A stretch of DNA of 62,426 bases, counting the filler. It is 4 parts of 4 records of this genome, joined end to end, with 100 filler letters (N's around TTAATTAATTAA, not from the genome) between each part and the next. Parts side by side here need not be neighbours in the genome. Positions count along the whole stretch, not along the records: positions 41,945 to 50,364 come from SRR20825019_824; positions 50,465 to 62,426 come from SRR20825019_825; 2 more parts are not named here. One strand, 5' to 3'. The position numbers and the translations under genes are program-made. Every line of letters begins with the position of its first letter. Position 1 is the first letter of the stretch. Positions 45,555-55,253 of this stretch are shown here, piece by piece. The notes beneath the pieces were generated by a model. It saw nothing but the letters and a program-made list of their open reading frames with translations. It had not been told where the DNA came from and made no database searches.

Positions 45555-47006
45555 TCAGTTCAATGTCGCGCTGCCGTCCGTGCCGGACGAATACGTTGTG
45601 GTCGATAGATTGAAATCGACATTATAGGCATCTTCAAATGTTGCCGTGGCACTACAGCCCAACGTCGCGCAGTTCGGGTCATACGTGAAATCCCCGCTTG
45701 CGAATTCGACATTACCGCTGGTGCCGGTGTAATCAAAGGTTGATGGGTTAAAGCTACCGTCAAGAATGCCTGCCTTACCTGTTAGACCCGAACCAGTTTG
45801 GGTAACATTGGAGAACAAGATCGCAACAGTTCGGTTTGCGAAGTCCACGGTAGAGGCAAAGCTATAATCAACATTTGCACCGTTAACATTGATGGTGCCG
45901 GTCGAAACTGACCCGCTTGTGATCTGCCGTAATGCGTCATAGGTGAAAGGGCTGTCATTGTTACTAGAGCTGCTGCTACTTTCTGTAACGTTACCAACAA
46001 TCGATGTAATTTCGCCTTGGCTCGAAGAAGCCGATGTCGATCCAATCTGAGCCAAGGCGACATCAAGGCTTCCGACCATCGTCGAGCCTGTCTGCGTATT
46101 AGCCTGTTGGGTTTGATCGGATGTCAGGGATGGCTGTTGGGGCGCGGCTGCCGTGGTTTGGCCGGAACTGCTCCCCCCGGTTTCATCGGAACGACGCGAC
46201 GCGGTGCGCACCAGATTGGTCGAGAAATCAAATGTCGCAACACCCTGTGGGAAGCGGGCCGGTTCGGTTACGACGGTACCGCTGACAAAAACGCCAAAGT
46301 TTTCACCGGTGATGTTTTCGCTGTTGCCGTTCTGATCGGTCACAGCAAAAGCGCCGGGGCGCGATGTTGTGTCATTTCGCGCAAGTCCGGGGCCTTGGTT
46401 GACCGCCATGAAGACCTGTTGATTGGTACTTTCCGGTGTGGATGTATCAAAGGAGCCGGGCATGATCTGGTTGGCTTCTTCGGCGGAAACCGAACGGATC
46501 AACCCAATGGTGCCACGAATGCCAATCGATCCGACGGGAAGGTTGATGTCCATGCTCGAAGGATTGTTTAGCGGGATTTTGCCGGTAACAAAGCGCATTA
46601 CACCGCGTGCCATGTCGGCAACGATGCGGCCATCGCCGGTTGCCGGATCATAAACGAACTCGTCAATCGCAATGTCGCTGTTCGGCCCGATGGTAAAGAC
46701 CGTCTCGTCAAGCAACAGGATTTGCATCCCCGAACGGGATGTCGTCGTAATGCGATCACCAAGATAAACCGGCATGCCGCTTTCAACCAGAACGCCAATT
46801 TCACCGGTTGCTTTGGCCATTGTGACATCGCCGGTCACAGCGGCGGAAACGCCGGCCATTTCAAGGCTGGCAATTTCAACGGTGTCTTGCGCTTTTGCCG
46901 GTTGTGCATGCATTAAGCTTAGCGCCAAGGGGCTGCACAGCATGATTGCACGCATTATCGGCGCGAATTTTTGGTATGAGCGGGTGGTCGCTACTTCGTT
47001 TTGCAT
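45555..47006 (-). CDS. Secreted FecR-domain protein with Ser/Thr/Gln linker and beta-rich C-terminal domain
   Basis: Signal peptide ending AKA/Q; FecR motifs GDRITT, LLDETVFTIGPNS and GSIGIRGT; low-complexity linker; beta-rich tail containing VDFANRTV. Confidence 0.85.
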   Translation of the reverse strand: MQNEVATTRSYQKFAPIMRAIMLCSPLALSLMHAQPAKAQDTVEIASLEMAGVSAAVTGDVTMAKATGEIGVLVESGMPVYLGDRITTTSRSGMQILLLDETVFTIGPNSDIAIDEFVYDPATGDGRIVADMARGVMRFVTGKIPLNNPSSMDINLPVGSIGIRGTIGLIRSVSAEEANQIMPGSFDTSTPESTNQQVFMAVNQGPGLARNDTTSRPGAFAVTDQNGNSENITGENFGVFVSGTVVTEPARFPQGVATFDFSTNLVRTASRRSDETGGSSSGQTTAAAPQQPSLTSDQTQQANTQTGSTMVGSLDVALAQIGSTSASSSQGEITSIVGNVTESSSSSSNNDSPFTYDALRQITSGSVSTGTINVNGANVDYSFASTVDFANRTVAILFSNVTQTGSGLTGKAGILDGSFNPSTFDYTGTSGNVEFASGDFTYDPNCATLGCSATATFEDAYNVDFNLSTTTYSSGTDGSATLN

Positions 47007-47008
47007 CA

Positions 47009-48592
47009 CTAGAACTCCCATCGCCGGGTCAGGTAAAACTGTGCCCGGGCATTGTGATATTCGTAGTTGAGAATGTTCGATTTAGTGTTCAGATATTCGC
47101 CTGTGATCGACCAGTTTATCGGTGCGAGCAGGTCATATATCTGATTTGCCGTGTTGCTATCCCCAAACAAGTCCGATGGCATTATTTGCGAAAGTGGCGC
47201 GCCATAGGTCAATCTTGTCCGTGTGCTGCGATCCGTTCGATGTTGCGGCGAGTTGCCGGTCACCAGAAAATCAGGATCGTCATATCGGTCAATGCCATGG
47301 CGGATACTTCCGCTTAAGTAACTTCCCCCACCAAACAGATAAGCATGGATCAACTCGCCGCTCAAGCTGTCATAGCTGTAATAATTGCGTGCAGCCTGTT
47401 TTTTACCCGCAGAAAGATTAAATGTGGTGCGGTTGTTGGGGTTCCATGTGTAATTCGTCCCCAGACGACTGCCGTAGCGTTGACCAGAGTGCAAACGTAA
47501 GGCGCTGGATTCGCTGGTATTCTGATAGCGTTCATCAGCATAGCTGACTTCACCGTTCAGGTTAAAGAACGGGCGCGGGTTCCAGTCCATACGCAAGCGG
47601 CCTGAACGTGATGTCAGATACTTTTCCTTGCTCAGCGATTGTACGGTTTGGTTGACCAACGGGGTCAACATCCAGTAACCGCCGCGAATGCGGCTTCCGA
47701 CATCGACCGAGAATGACCCAAGATCAAGGGAATCTAACTGGACCTGATCACTGGCGTAACCGGTCGCGCTGGCGAATATTTCATGGCCTTCCTGATATCC
47801 AAGATCATAGCTGACGTCATAACGAAGGGCACCGATATAGGCGATGTCGTTGCGCGGCTTATCTGCACTTGATGTGATGGTTGTCAGCGTGCCGGTGACA
47901 AGTTGTTCTTTATCATTCGGTGCGGCATTTCGGTTGCTGTCAATCTGGGAACCCATGGTCAGGGTAACTGATTGATGCAAACGTTTACGACGGCGTTCGA
48001 TCGCACTGATGTATTTATCAATGTCGGCCGCGACGTCCGGGGAAACATCCATCTGACGCAATTGATCGAACTGTGCACGGGCTTCATCAAGGCTATCAAG
48101 GCGATAGAGAACAATCGCGTAATAAAGCCTGACCGGGGCAAGGTCGGGATCAAGCACCAGAATGCGTTCAAGGGTCGCCGATGCACCGCGCACTTCACCG
48201 CGCGATAGCTGCGCCTTTGCCCAGCGGAAATTCAAAACAATGTCATCGGGGTTGGTCAGGATATCGGCATAGGTGATGTCACCGCCATCATCGGTTTGAA
48301 GCAACCTGTTGGCACGTTCGGTGACGTCCGTCAGACGGTCAAAATCTTCGGAAAATTGGCGTGCTTCATCTGTGCGGACATCCACACTTTGCTGTGCCTT
48401 GGTACTGGAAATCCCCATGACCAGTACCGCAAGTACGGCTGTTATTGCCGTACCGTGCCGCCATCTGCCTGTTTTCAAGCTTTCCCCCAAGCGTTCCAGA
48501 TTAATGCGGTCTTTTGAACCGGTCTGGCGCATCTGGTCGGGGGTAAAACCAGACCAGATTTGCCCATAATCTGTTTTAATCATTGTAAACAC
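47009..48592 (-). CDS. TPR plus outer-membrane beta-barrel protein (Slam/DUF560-like); start uncertain
   Basis: TPR helices (A..LERILVLDPDLAPVRLYYA..Y.L..ARAQF), DSNRNAAP barrel-start motif, amphipathic strands and a C-terminal Phe (LTRRWEF). Confidence 0.75.
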   Translation of the reverse strand: MFTMIKTDYGQIWSGFTPDQMRQTGSKDRINLERLGESLKTGRWRHGTAITAVLAVLVMGISSTKAQQSVDVRTDEARQFSEDFDRLTDVTERANRLLQTDDGGDITYADILTNPDDIVLNFRWAKAQLSRGEVRGASATLERILVLDPDLAPVRLYYAIVLYRLDSLDEARAQFDQLRQMDVSPDVAADIDKYISAIERRRKRLHQSVTLTMGSQIDSNRNAAPNDKEQLVTGTLTTITSSADKPRNDIAYIGALRYDVSYDLGYQEGHEIFASATGYASDQVQLDSLDLGSFSVDVGSRIRGGYWMLTPLVNQTVQSLSKEKYLTSRSGRLRMDWNPRPFFNLNGEVSYADERYQNTSESSALRLHSGQRYGSRLGTNYTWNPNNRTTFNLSAGKKQAARNYYSYDSLSGELIHAYLFGGGSYLSGSIRHGIDRYDDPDFLVTGNSPQHRTDRSTRTRLTYGAPLSQIMPSDLFGDSNTANQIYDLLAPINWSITGEYLNTKSNILNYEYHNARAQFYLTRRWEF

Positions 48593-48678
48593 AGAGTATG
48601 GGGTCTGGTGGTTTGATGGAAGCCATGCAGTTGATGGGTGTCATCGGCTTTAAATGGATAGGTTATCTATGCTTACGC

Positions 48679-48713
48679 ATAGAAAGGTGCCTTAATTCAA
48701 AGGCACTTTCTAT
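48679..48713. terminator. Hairpin downstream of tldD (probable terminator)
   Basis: ATAGAAAGGTGCCTT..AAGGCACTTTCTAT imperfect inverted repeat. Confidence 0.6.
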
Positions 48714-48730
48714 CCATTAGGTTGTTCTTC

Positions 48731-50164
48731 CTATACGGCTGTACCGCCGACGGTCAATCCGTCAATCCGCAAGGTCGGTTGCCCAACGCCAACCGGAACG
48801 CCTTGACCGTCCTTGCCACATGTGCCGATCCCGTTATCAAGGGCCATATCATTACCCACCATGGAAACCTTGGTGAGGCTATCGGGACCATTGCCAATCA
48901 GGGTGGCACCCTTGACCGGTGCGCCAAGTTTGCCGTTTTCGATCAAATAGGCTTCGGATGCGGAAAATACAAACTTGCCAGACGTAATGTCGACCTGCCC
49001 ACCGCCAAAATTAACGGCATAAATACCGTTTTTGACCGAGGCGAGGATTTCTTCAGGTTCCTTGTCGCCACCCAGCATATAGGTATTGGTCATGCGGGGC
49101 ATCGGGGCATGGGCATAGGATTGACGACGACCGTTGCCGGTTGATTTAACACCGGTCAGACGGGCATTCAGGCGATCCTGCATAAAGCCCTTCAGAATAC
49201 CGTCTTCGATCAGGACTGTTTGCTGGGTCGGGGTGCCTTCATCATCAATTGAAAGCGACCCGCGACGATCATTGATCGTACCGTCATCGACAACCGTAAC
49301 GCCCGGTGATGCAATGCGCTGGCCCAAAAGCCCGGCAAAGGCCGACGTCCCCTTGCGGTTAAAGTCACCTTCAAGACCGTGGCCGATGGCTTCATGCAGC
49401 AAAATACCCGGCCAGCCGGGACCAAGCACAACGGTCATTTCACCGGCCGGTGCGGCAACGGAATCCAGATTTACAATTGCTTGGCGAAGGGATTCATCAA
49501 CGGCAGTCTTCCAGGTTTTTTCATCAAAGAACCCGTCATAGCCAATCCTGCCACCTTCGCCATGTGATCCGGTTTCCATGCGGTCGCCCTGTTTGACCAC
49601 GACCGAAACATTGAACCGCACAAGCGGGCGAATATCGCCGATCCGCTGTCCGCCCGAACGCCAGATCTGGACAGCCTGCCAGTTTCCTGAGATTGATGCG
49701 GATACCTGAACCACACGCGGATCGCGGGATCGGGCATAGGCATCAATCTGTGCCAAAAGATCAACCTTGGCTTCAAAGGTGGCCTCGCCCAGCGGGTTGA
49801 TATCGGAATAAAGCGAAATATTGGTGCCAACCGATCCAAGATCGACCTTGCCAGAACGACCTGATCCCACGGCCTTAACGGTTTCGGCTGCACGGGCAAC
49901 CGCATCGTTGGACAGTTCGTTGGAATGCGAAAAAGCGGTGGCTTCATCGGCAACCGCGCGTAGACCAAAGCCCTGTGCGGTATCAAAATTAGCACTGCGC
50001 AGGCGGCCATCATCCCAAACAAGGCTTTCGGACTGGCGGTATTCCAGGAACAGTTCCCCGTCTTCTGCCGCGCCAAGCGCGTCATTGACCTGTGTTTCAA
50101 GCCGTTCGCGATCAAGATCACCTTTGGCGAAAAACAGATTGTCGGTGGTGCGAAGATCGGTCAT
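48731..50164 (-). CDS. tldD: Metalloprotease TldD
   Basis: GWPGILLHEAIGHGLEGDFNRKG, PMPRMTNT, CGKDGQGVPVGVGQPT; GGAGG ribosome-binding site before ATG 50164. Confidence 0.97.
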   Translation of the reverse strand: MTDLRTTDNLFFAKGDLDRERLETQVNDALGAAEDGELFLEYRQSESLVWDDGRLRSANFDTAQGFGLRAVADEATAFSHSNELSNDAVARAAETVKAVGSGRSGKVDLGSVGTNISLYSDINPLGEATFEAKVDLLAQIDAYARSRDPRVVQVSASISGNWQAVQIWRSGGQRIGDIRPLVRFNVSVVVKQGDRMETGSHGEGGRIGYDGFFDEKTWKTAVDESLRQAIVNLDSVAAPAGEMTVVLGPGWPGILLHEAIGHGLEGDFNRKGTSAFAGLLGQRIASPGVTVVDDGTINDRRGSLSIDDEGTPTQQTVLIEDGILKGFMQDRLNARLTGVKSTGNGRRQSYAHAPMPRMTNTYMLGGDKEPEEILASVKNGIYAVNFGGGQVDITSGKFVFSASEAYLIENGKLGAPVKGATLIGNGPDSLTKVSMVGNDMALDNGIGTCGKDGQGVPVGVGQPTLRIDGLTVGGTAV

Positions 50165-50364
50165 GGAACCTCCTTGGGGGCCAGGATTATTCGGCCAGAG
50201 AAAATGATTTTCCCCGTTTGATAAAAGCACTTGTGACAGTATTTTCCCTTACGCTTTCCGGGGTTTCTGTCACCTTAAACTTTCGTCTATACAGGTACTG
50301 TCAGGAACAAGGCAAAACCTGCCCCTGAACGTTTTATATAGACCGCAATGGCCAATTATGAAAG

Positions 50365-50464
50365 NNNNNNNNNNNNNNNNNNNNNNNNNNNNNNNNNNNN
50401 NNNNNNNNTTAATTAATTAANNNNNNNNNNNNNNNNNNNNNNNNNNNNNNNNNNNNNNNNNNNN
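50365..50464. other. Artificial contig linker
   Basis: N-run with TTAATTAATTAA. Confidence 0.99.
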
Positions 50465-50499
50465 ATATATATATATATATATATATACATATATGTATA
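50465..50499. repeat. (AT)n microsatellite at contig end
   Basis: ATATAT run. Confidence 0.95.
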
Positions 50500-50973
50500 T
50501 TCACTTTAATCATATCCGAGGTGCTGATCTCAGTTGCCGCGAGCACAAACTTGAGCTTGGTACAACGCTTCCACATCACAGTACTCCTGCAAACGTTTCA
50601 TCCACCTTTTTCTTTAACATCACAAGCCTGATGATGTCACAAGATGCAAGCCCTTCTCAGTAAACTGAGTCCATCATGGACTACAAGAAACTATCATGTC
50701 CTATTCAGTGACACTCACAAGGTAGTCCCCCTGAAACGACGCACACAAGAAAAACACAAGTATTATACCCCCATGAAAAGCAGATAAGGAGAGATCTTGA
50801 AACAAAGAAACAAAACTGGAAAGGATGCCCGCTCAACAAGGATAGAAGGGCAGTTCGGAGTCAACCCAATAAATCCCCATCAATTGTTCAAGTCAACAAT
50901 CGCAGTTTCTAAATATAGAAACAAATAACTGCCTTTGGGGCCACAACATGTTGGCAAAGTGTGTTGTCGCAAC

Positions 50974-52488
50974 TTATTGAGCAGCCACAACCAGTTGAAC
51001 TCCAAAGGCAAAGGGGTGCTCAGCACACACTGAGCCCACATGAAAAACAGAAATAGGGAGATCTTGGAGCTCGTCTATTTTTGCAAGTCCTTGAAGGACA
51101 CCTCGAACATCCCAAGTACAATCACGTTGTGCTGAGAGGTACAACTCAGCCCGCAAAACAGAAATAGAGCTCTCCGACCTTGAATCTTTTCTCAACAATG
51201 TCAGAATTGAACTAGCACCTTTGTGTGCCAAAAGATTCAGCACCGGTTGATTGGATACATCTTCTTCGGGCACGCTGCACCATATTGTCGTGGTGAATCC
51301 AAGCCCACCTACCCAACTGATCAAGCTATCATGGTCTTCCACCTTCTGATAAATTTCAGCAAAGCCAAAACTATCGTGCTTCTGCCAATGAAGACCATCA
51401 TTTCGAAATGATGCTTCTAAAATACACTTCATTTCCACAAGAGCGCCCATTGCGAGTTGTGTTCCGTCAAACATCAACCCAGGACCAGGACCATTGTCGT
51501 TCAATGGTGGCACAACCCACAACTTTGGGCGCTCTGTATCCTTCCCTCGGCATTTAAGTTCTACTGGCCTACCACCCCCAACAGTTGCAATATATTGATG
51601 ACTGAAAGTAGAAGACTTTTGTGAATCCAAGGCAGGTGAACAAGAGCTTAGATACACATATTTTGATAATGTACGCAAATAAGCGCTGGAGACATCTTTG
51701 ATGTTCCCAAACATTTCGTATGAACAGGATTCTTCCGAATCGGTAGCCTTAGCCCGTTCCAGAATCGAAGAAACAGTGGATCTCGCGATGGTCACCATGT
51801 TATCCAGCGTCATAATGGCTTGCTTGGAGATATCTCTTGTGTCAACGAGATCAATAGATCCAGGTAGTGTGCCTAAAGTACCCGACAGAAATATGATGAA
51901 CCTGTTTTCAACACAAACTACAGTCGAAGAACAAAAGGCAGGAATCCGGCCAATAGAAGGCTCAACAAATCTATACATCTTGGACGGGTCAACAACAGCG
52001 AAGCAGTCAAAGCCTACAAGAGCATTGGTGTTGGCCGCGAAAGGAAGTCCACCCACAGTAATACGGGATGGCGGAATGGCCCCTGGAAAAAAGGAAAGGT
52101 ACGCTTCGTTCATCTCTTGAAAGGCTCCTTTTGATAGGTTTGGCATGTACACAGATACATTCGCCACATGGTCCCGGAGGGCGGTTTCAGCACTTACACC
52201 ATCTCCAAGAACTTGGGCAAGACATTTTCCCAGGTTCAGCAAAGCACACCTTGTTTGACTCCCAATAGAAGTGTTTCTTTCTGGGTCGCCCAGGACTAAA
52301 GAAGACACCAAAAGTTCTTCATGCTGACGTATTACGGAGCAAGGACACCTCTTGAGTGCTTTCTTCGTGGTAAACATTGGGGAAGAAGTCTCATTTACCA
52401 TTTCAGACACCCACAAAGAGATACACGTTCCACTGATCACTAATAAAGATATTTTTAGGTGTGATTGTCTCGAGAGTCGGTGCGGCAT
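50974..52488 (-). CDS. Protein with tandem Rid/YjgF (RidA-like) domains; intronless, start may be 52401
   Basis: QTRCALLNL..VSVYMPNL..FQEMNEAYLSFF..PPSRITVG in the first domain; IFLSGTLG..QAIMTLDNM..LAMGALVEM in the second. Confidence 0.7.
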   Translation of the reverse strand: MPHRLSRQSHLKISLLVISGTCISLWVSEMVNETSSPMFTTKKALKRCPCSVIRQHEELLVSSLVLGDPERNTSIGSQTRCALLNLGKCLAQVLGDGVSAETALRDHVANVSVYMPNLSKGAFQEMNEAYLSFFPGAIPPSRITVGGLPFAANTNALVGFDCFAVVDPSKMYRFVEPSIGRIPAFCSSTVVCVENRFIIFLSGTLGTLPGSIDLVDTRDISKQAIMTLDNMVTIARSTVSSILERAKATDSEESCSYEMFGNIKDVSSAYLRTLSKYVYLSSCSPALDSQKSSTFSHQYIATVGGGRPVELKCRGKDTERPKLWVVPPLNDNGPGPGLMFDGTQLAMGALVEMKCILEASFRNDGLHWQKHDSFGFAEIYQKVEDHDSLISWVGGLGFTTTIWCSVPEEDVSNQPVLNLLAHKGASSILTLLRKDSRSESSISVLRAELYLSAQRDCTWDVRGVLQGLAKIDELQDLPISVFHVGSVCAEHPFAFGVQLVVAAQ

Positions 52489-52993
52489 CCCCAGTCAGCC
52501 CTTTTACCAAGCAATGTGTGAGTACACCAGAGTTCGCCAAAGAGGTGGTGTGGTGCCACCCTTTGCTAGTCACACTGCGACCAGGGCAGTCGTCTGGGTG
52601 ACCCAGCCTACTACTGATGACTCGTCCCGGCAAAAACGTTTTATTCCGCGGGCAACGCGTGGTTGACTGCCAAGATGCTACTAAAAATACAACACAATCC
52701 GCCAACTGATGAGAGCCAATGATTGGGTTTCGGGTTCGATCAATCCCAGCGAAAGTTTGACCGTGGGGCCGGGCTGGCGCCCCGTGGGGTCGTCAGGGCG
52801 CGGGGCGCGTCACGGCACCAACGTTGAAGCCGGCCCGGCCGGCCCGCCCACGGGTTGGGGTCGGACTTCCGCACCTCAGTCTTTCACCGCAACGGCGCTT
52901 GAGCCTCTGTTCGTAAGGCTAAGTTTCACCATGCCTGGATAAAAAAAGGAAATATGATTTTTTTGAGCTGTTCGCCAGAGCACTGAACTAGTC

Positions 52994-55241
52994 ATGAACA
53001 ATGACTGCTGTCCGCGGAGACCTCCGCCTGATACCCAGTCTGTGATCATTCATGTGGTTAGTTTCACCTTATGCCCTTCAGCTTGAAACGACTAACTATA
53101 AACGATTATAATAGGACCTTGACTGCTTTTATGCACAAGGTGAGTATTGTTTTCATGCGGTACTACTGTTGCTACGGGAACCAACATTTGTGAAGTTGAA
53201 CACAAAAGAAATAGCGTGCCACGCGATGTTCCGCTGGCTGTCCAGCAGTGGGGAAGTCTCATTGCAGTGAACTACAAGGTCAGTTGTAATGGCAAGGATT
53301 CGTCCTAGCATCGCTGAGATACTGCAGGCACGTGAATTTGGGGTGAGCCGTTTCCATACGGCGGCAGATGCAAAGAAGTTGTGTCCTGGTATCGTCATTT
53401 GTCATGTTGACACCTTTCTGGTTGAAGATGGATCCCTACACGAGTCCACTTCACGGCAGGGTCCAGTCAATAAGAACACTGAGAAAGCTTCTTTAGAACC
53501 TTATAGAGTAGAGTCCGGAAAGATTTTTAATATCTTCACCAGCTTGGACTGTACGTGTGAAAAGGCGGGCATTGACGAGTGTTTCCTCGATGTGACTGAT
53601 CTTTGTCGTCGGCGGTTGGATTCACGAAACGCAAGCAATCCCCTTCGGTACCATGGAGCGCTCATCGGACAAAATACTGAAGAAGAAGAACCTCTCCCGG
53701 AAACCAGATACGACATGATGTTAGCTGTGGGTAGTGAGATAGCTTTGGAGTTGCGGGAAAGGATTTTCAAAGAATTGGTATATGTCTTAATGCTTGCGTA
53801 AGCACTCTTGTCTTGGTGCTCATAATCTTGTAGGGGTACACTACCAGTGCTGGTGTTGCACACAACAAATTCATAGCCAAGTTAGGATCCAGTCAGCATA
53901 AGCCTAACAAACAGAGCATCACCCGTTCCAGCCATGTAGGGTGTCTTCTGGAAAGTTTGGATGTAAAGGTGATATACTGTCAACATCTCTGTGAGACCAG
54001 TACATGGAATGAGTGACTTTATAATCGCAGTCGATCAGGAGTCTTGGAGGGAAGCTGGGCACTGAACTTAATAGTGTTGGGATAATTAAGACGAGAGGTA
54101 TTAGCTGAAGTCGACGTCGAACTACTGGTCTGACCCATGGTCATAGACGTGTGCACCATTGGCTTGGACACTCTAGCTGCACATGTGGGGGGCTTGACTC
54201 GAGCGACGCGGGTGTGGAACTTGTGCCATGGAGTTGATGACGAGAAAGTGGTGGACCGGTCCCGACCGCAATCCTTGAATGCTGTCAAGAATATTACTCC
54301 AGCAGTTAAGGATATTGGTGGCTTGGAACTGTGGGTGGATGTACTGGTCAAGGTAAGAACCAAAGGACTATTCTTCAAGCTCTGGCGATGGCTGAAGCAG
54401 TCGGGGTTGCAGGAGCTGATCACAAGAATGAAGAACGATCACGAGTTGTATCAACGGTAAGCCTCCCTTTCCTTTTCGAACCATGCTTCACAGGTGCTTC
54501 TAATTTTAGAACAAATTCTGATCATATTTGTTGATTCTTGTCAGTGAGCCTCAAAAAGTTACTGTTGCATATCGAAGCAAAGCTACAGGAAAGAATCGTT
54601 CCAAAGTAACGGCGATGCCAATGACGTTCCACATGGCAAGTCTAGATGATAGGTTGGTTCATCAGTTTTGAATTACGACTGCTTGTAGAACAAACTGTTT
54701 CTTTACTAGGTTCAGTACTGTCAAGGCCACAGTCATGCGCATGCTCAGAAGTATGGAGTCTGCGGACATATTTCCTTGCTCCTTGCTGGCTCTTGCTGCA
54801 GACAATTTCATGAATTTGGTTGATCCTTCGGGAGGCCAGAAGCAAACAAGGCTGCAATTCTCCACACCAGTGGCTCCGGCCCGACCTTCTGCGACCAGCA
54901 GCACGCACGAGCTATCACTGCCCAAGACGAACCTTGGTGAGGATCCTCCAGAAACAGGCTTTGATAACCTTGAGCTTCCTTCACCACCTTCCAAGAAAGG
55001 TTCTGCTGCACCGACAGTGCCAATTCCACAAGAGCAAGAGCCCGAGACCTTTGTCTGTCCAAACTGCAAGCGAGTGGCGCCCTTCAGTGACTTTGAACTT
55101 CACACAAAGTGCCAGCCAAACCAGCCCATTCGTCCGACCAGCTCTGCGCATTCATCGGGGGGGCAGGCCGGACGCGGGGGAAAAAGAAAGCGGCCTGCAA
55201 CAGGATCCGCCAGTATTGCGAGCTTTTTCGGTCGTAGCTAG
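52994..55241 (+). CDS. POLH: Y-family DNA polymerase, eta-like; multi-exon
   Basis: Spliced IIHVDLDCFYAQVE, AVQQW..IAVNY.AR.FGV, KASLEPYR, GIDECFLDVT, SAGVAHNKFIAKL..KPNKQ; C-terminal CPNC..H..C zinc finger, KRKR NLS and PIP-like SIASFF. Confidence 0.9.
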
Positions 55242-55253
55242 CAGACTCGTGCC

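Noticed and set aside
48731-50164. tldD as part of the Slam-FecR-cyclase system
   Set aside because: A hairpin separates it from the operon and it is a conserved housekeeping protease; no evidence of coupling.
28650-50464. Bacterial genes embedded between eukaryotic genes, suggesting horizontal transfer or an endosymbiont insertion
   Set aside because: Every transition coincides with an artificial N/TTAATTAATTAA linker, so adjacency across contigs carries no biological meaning.
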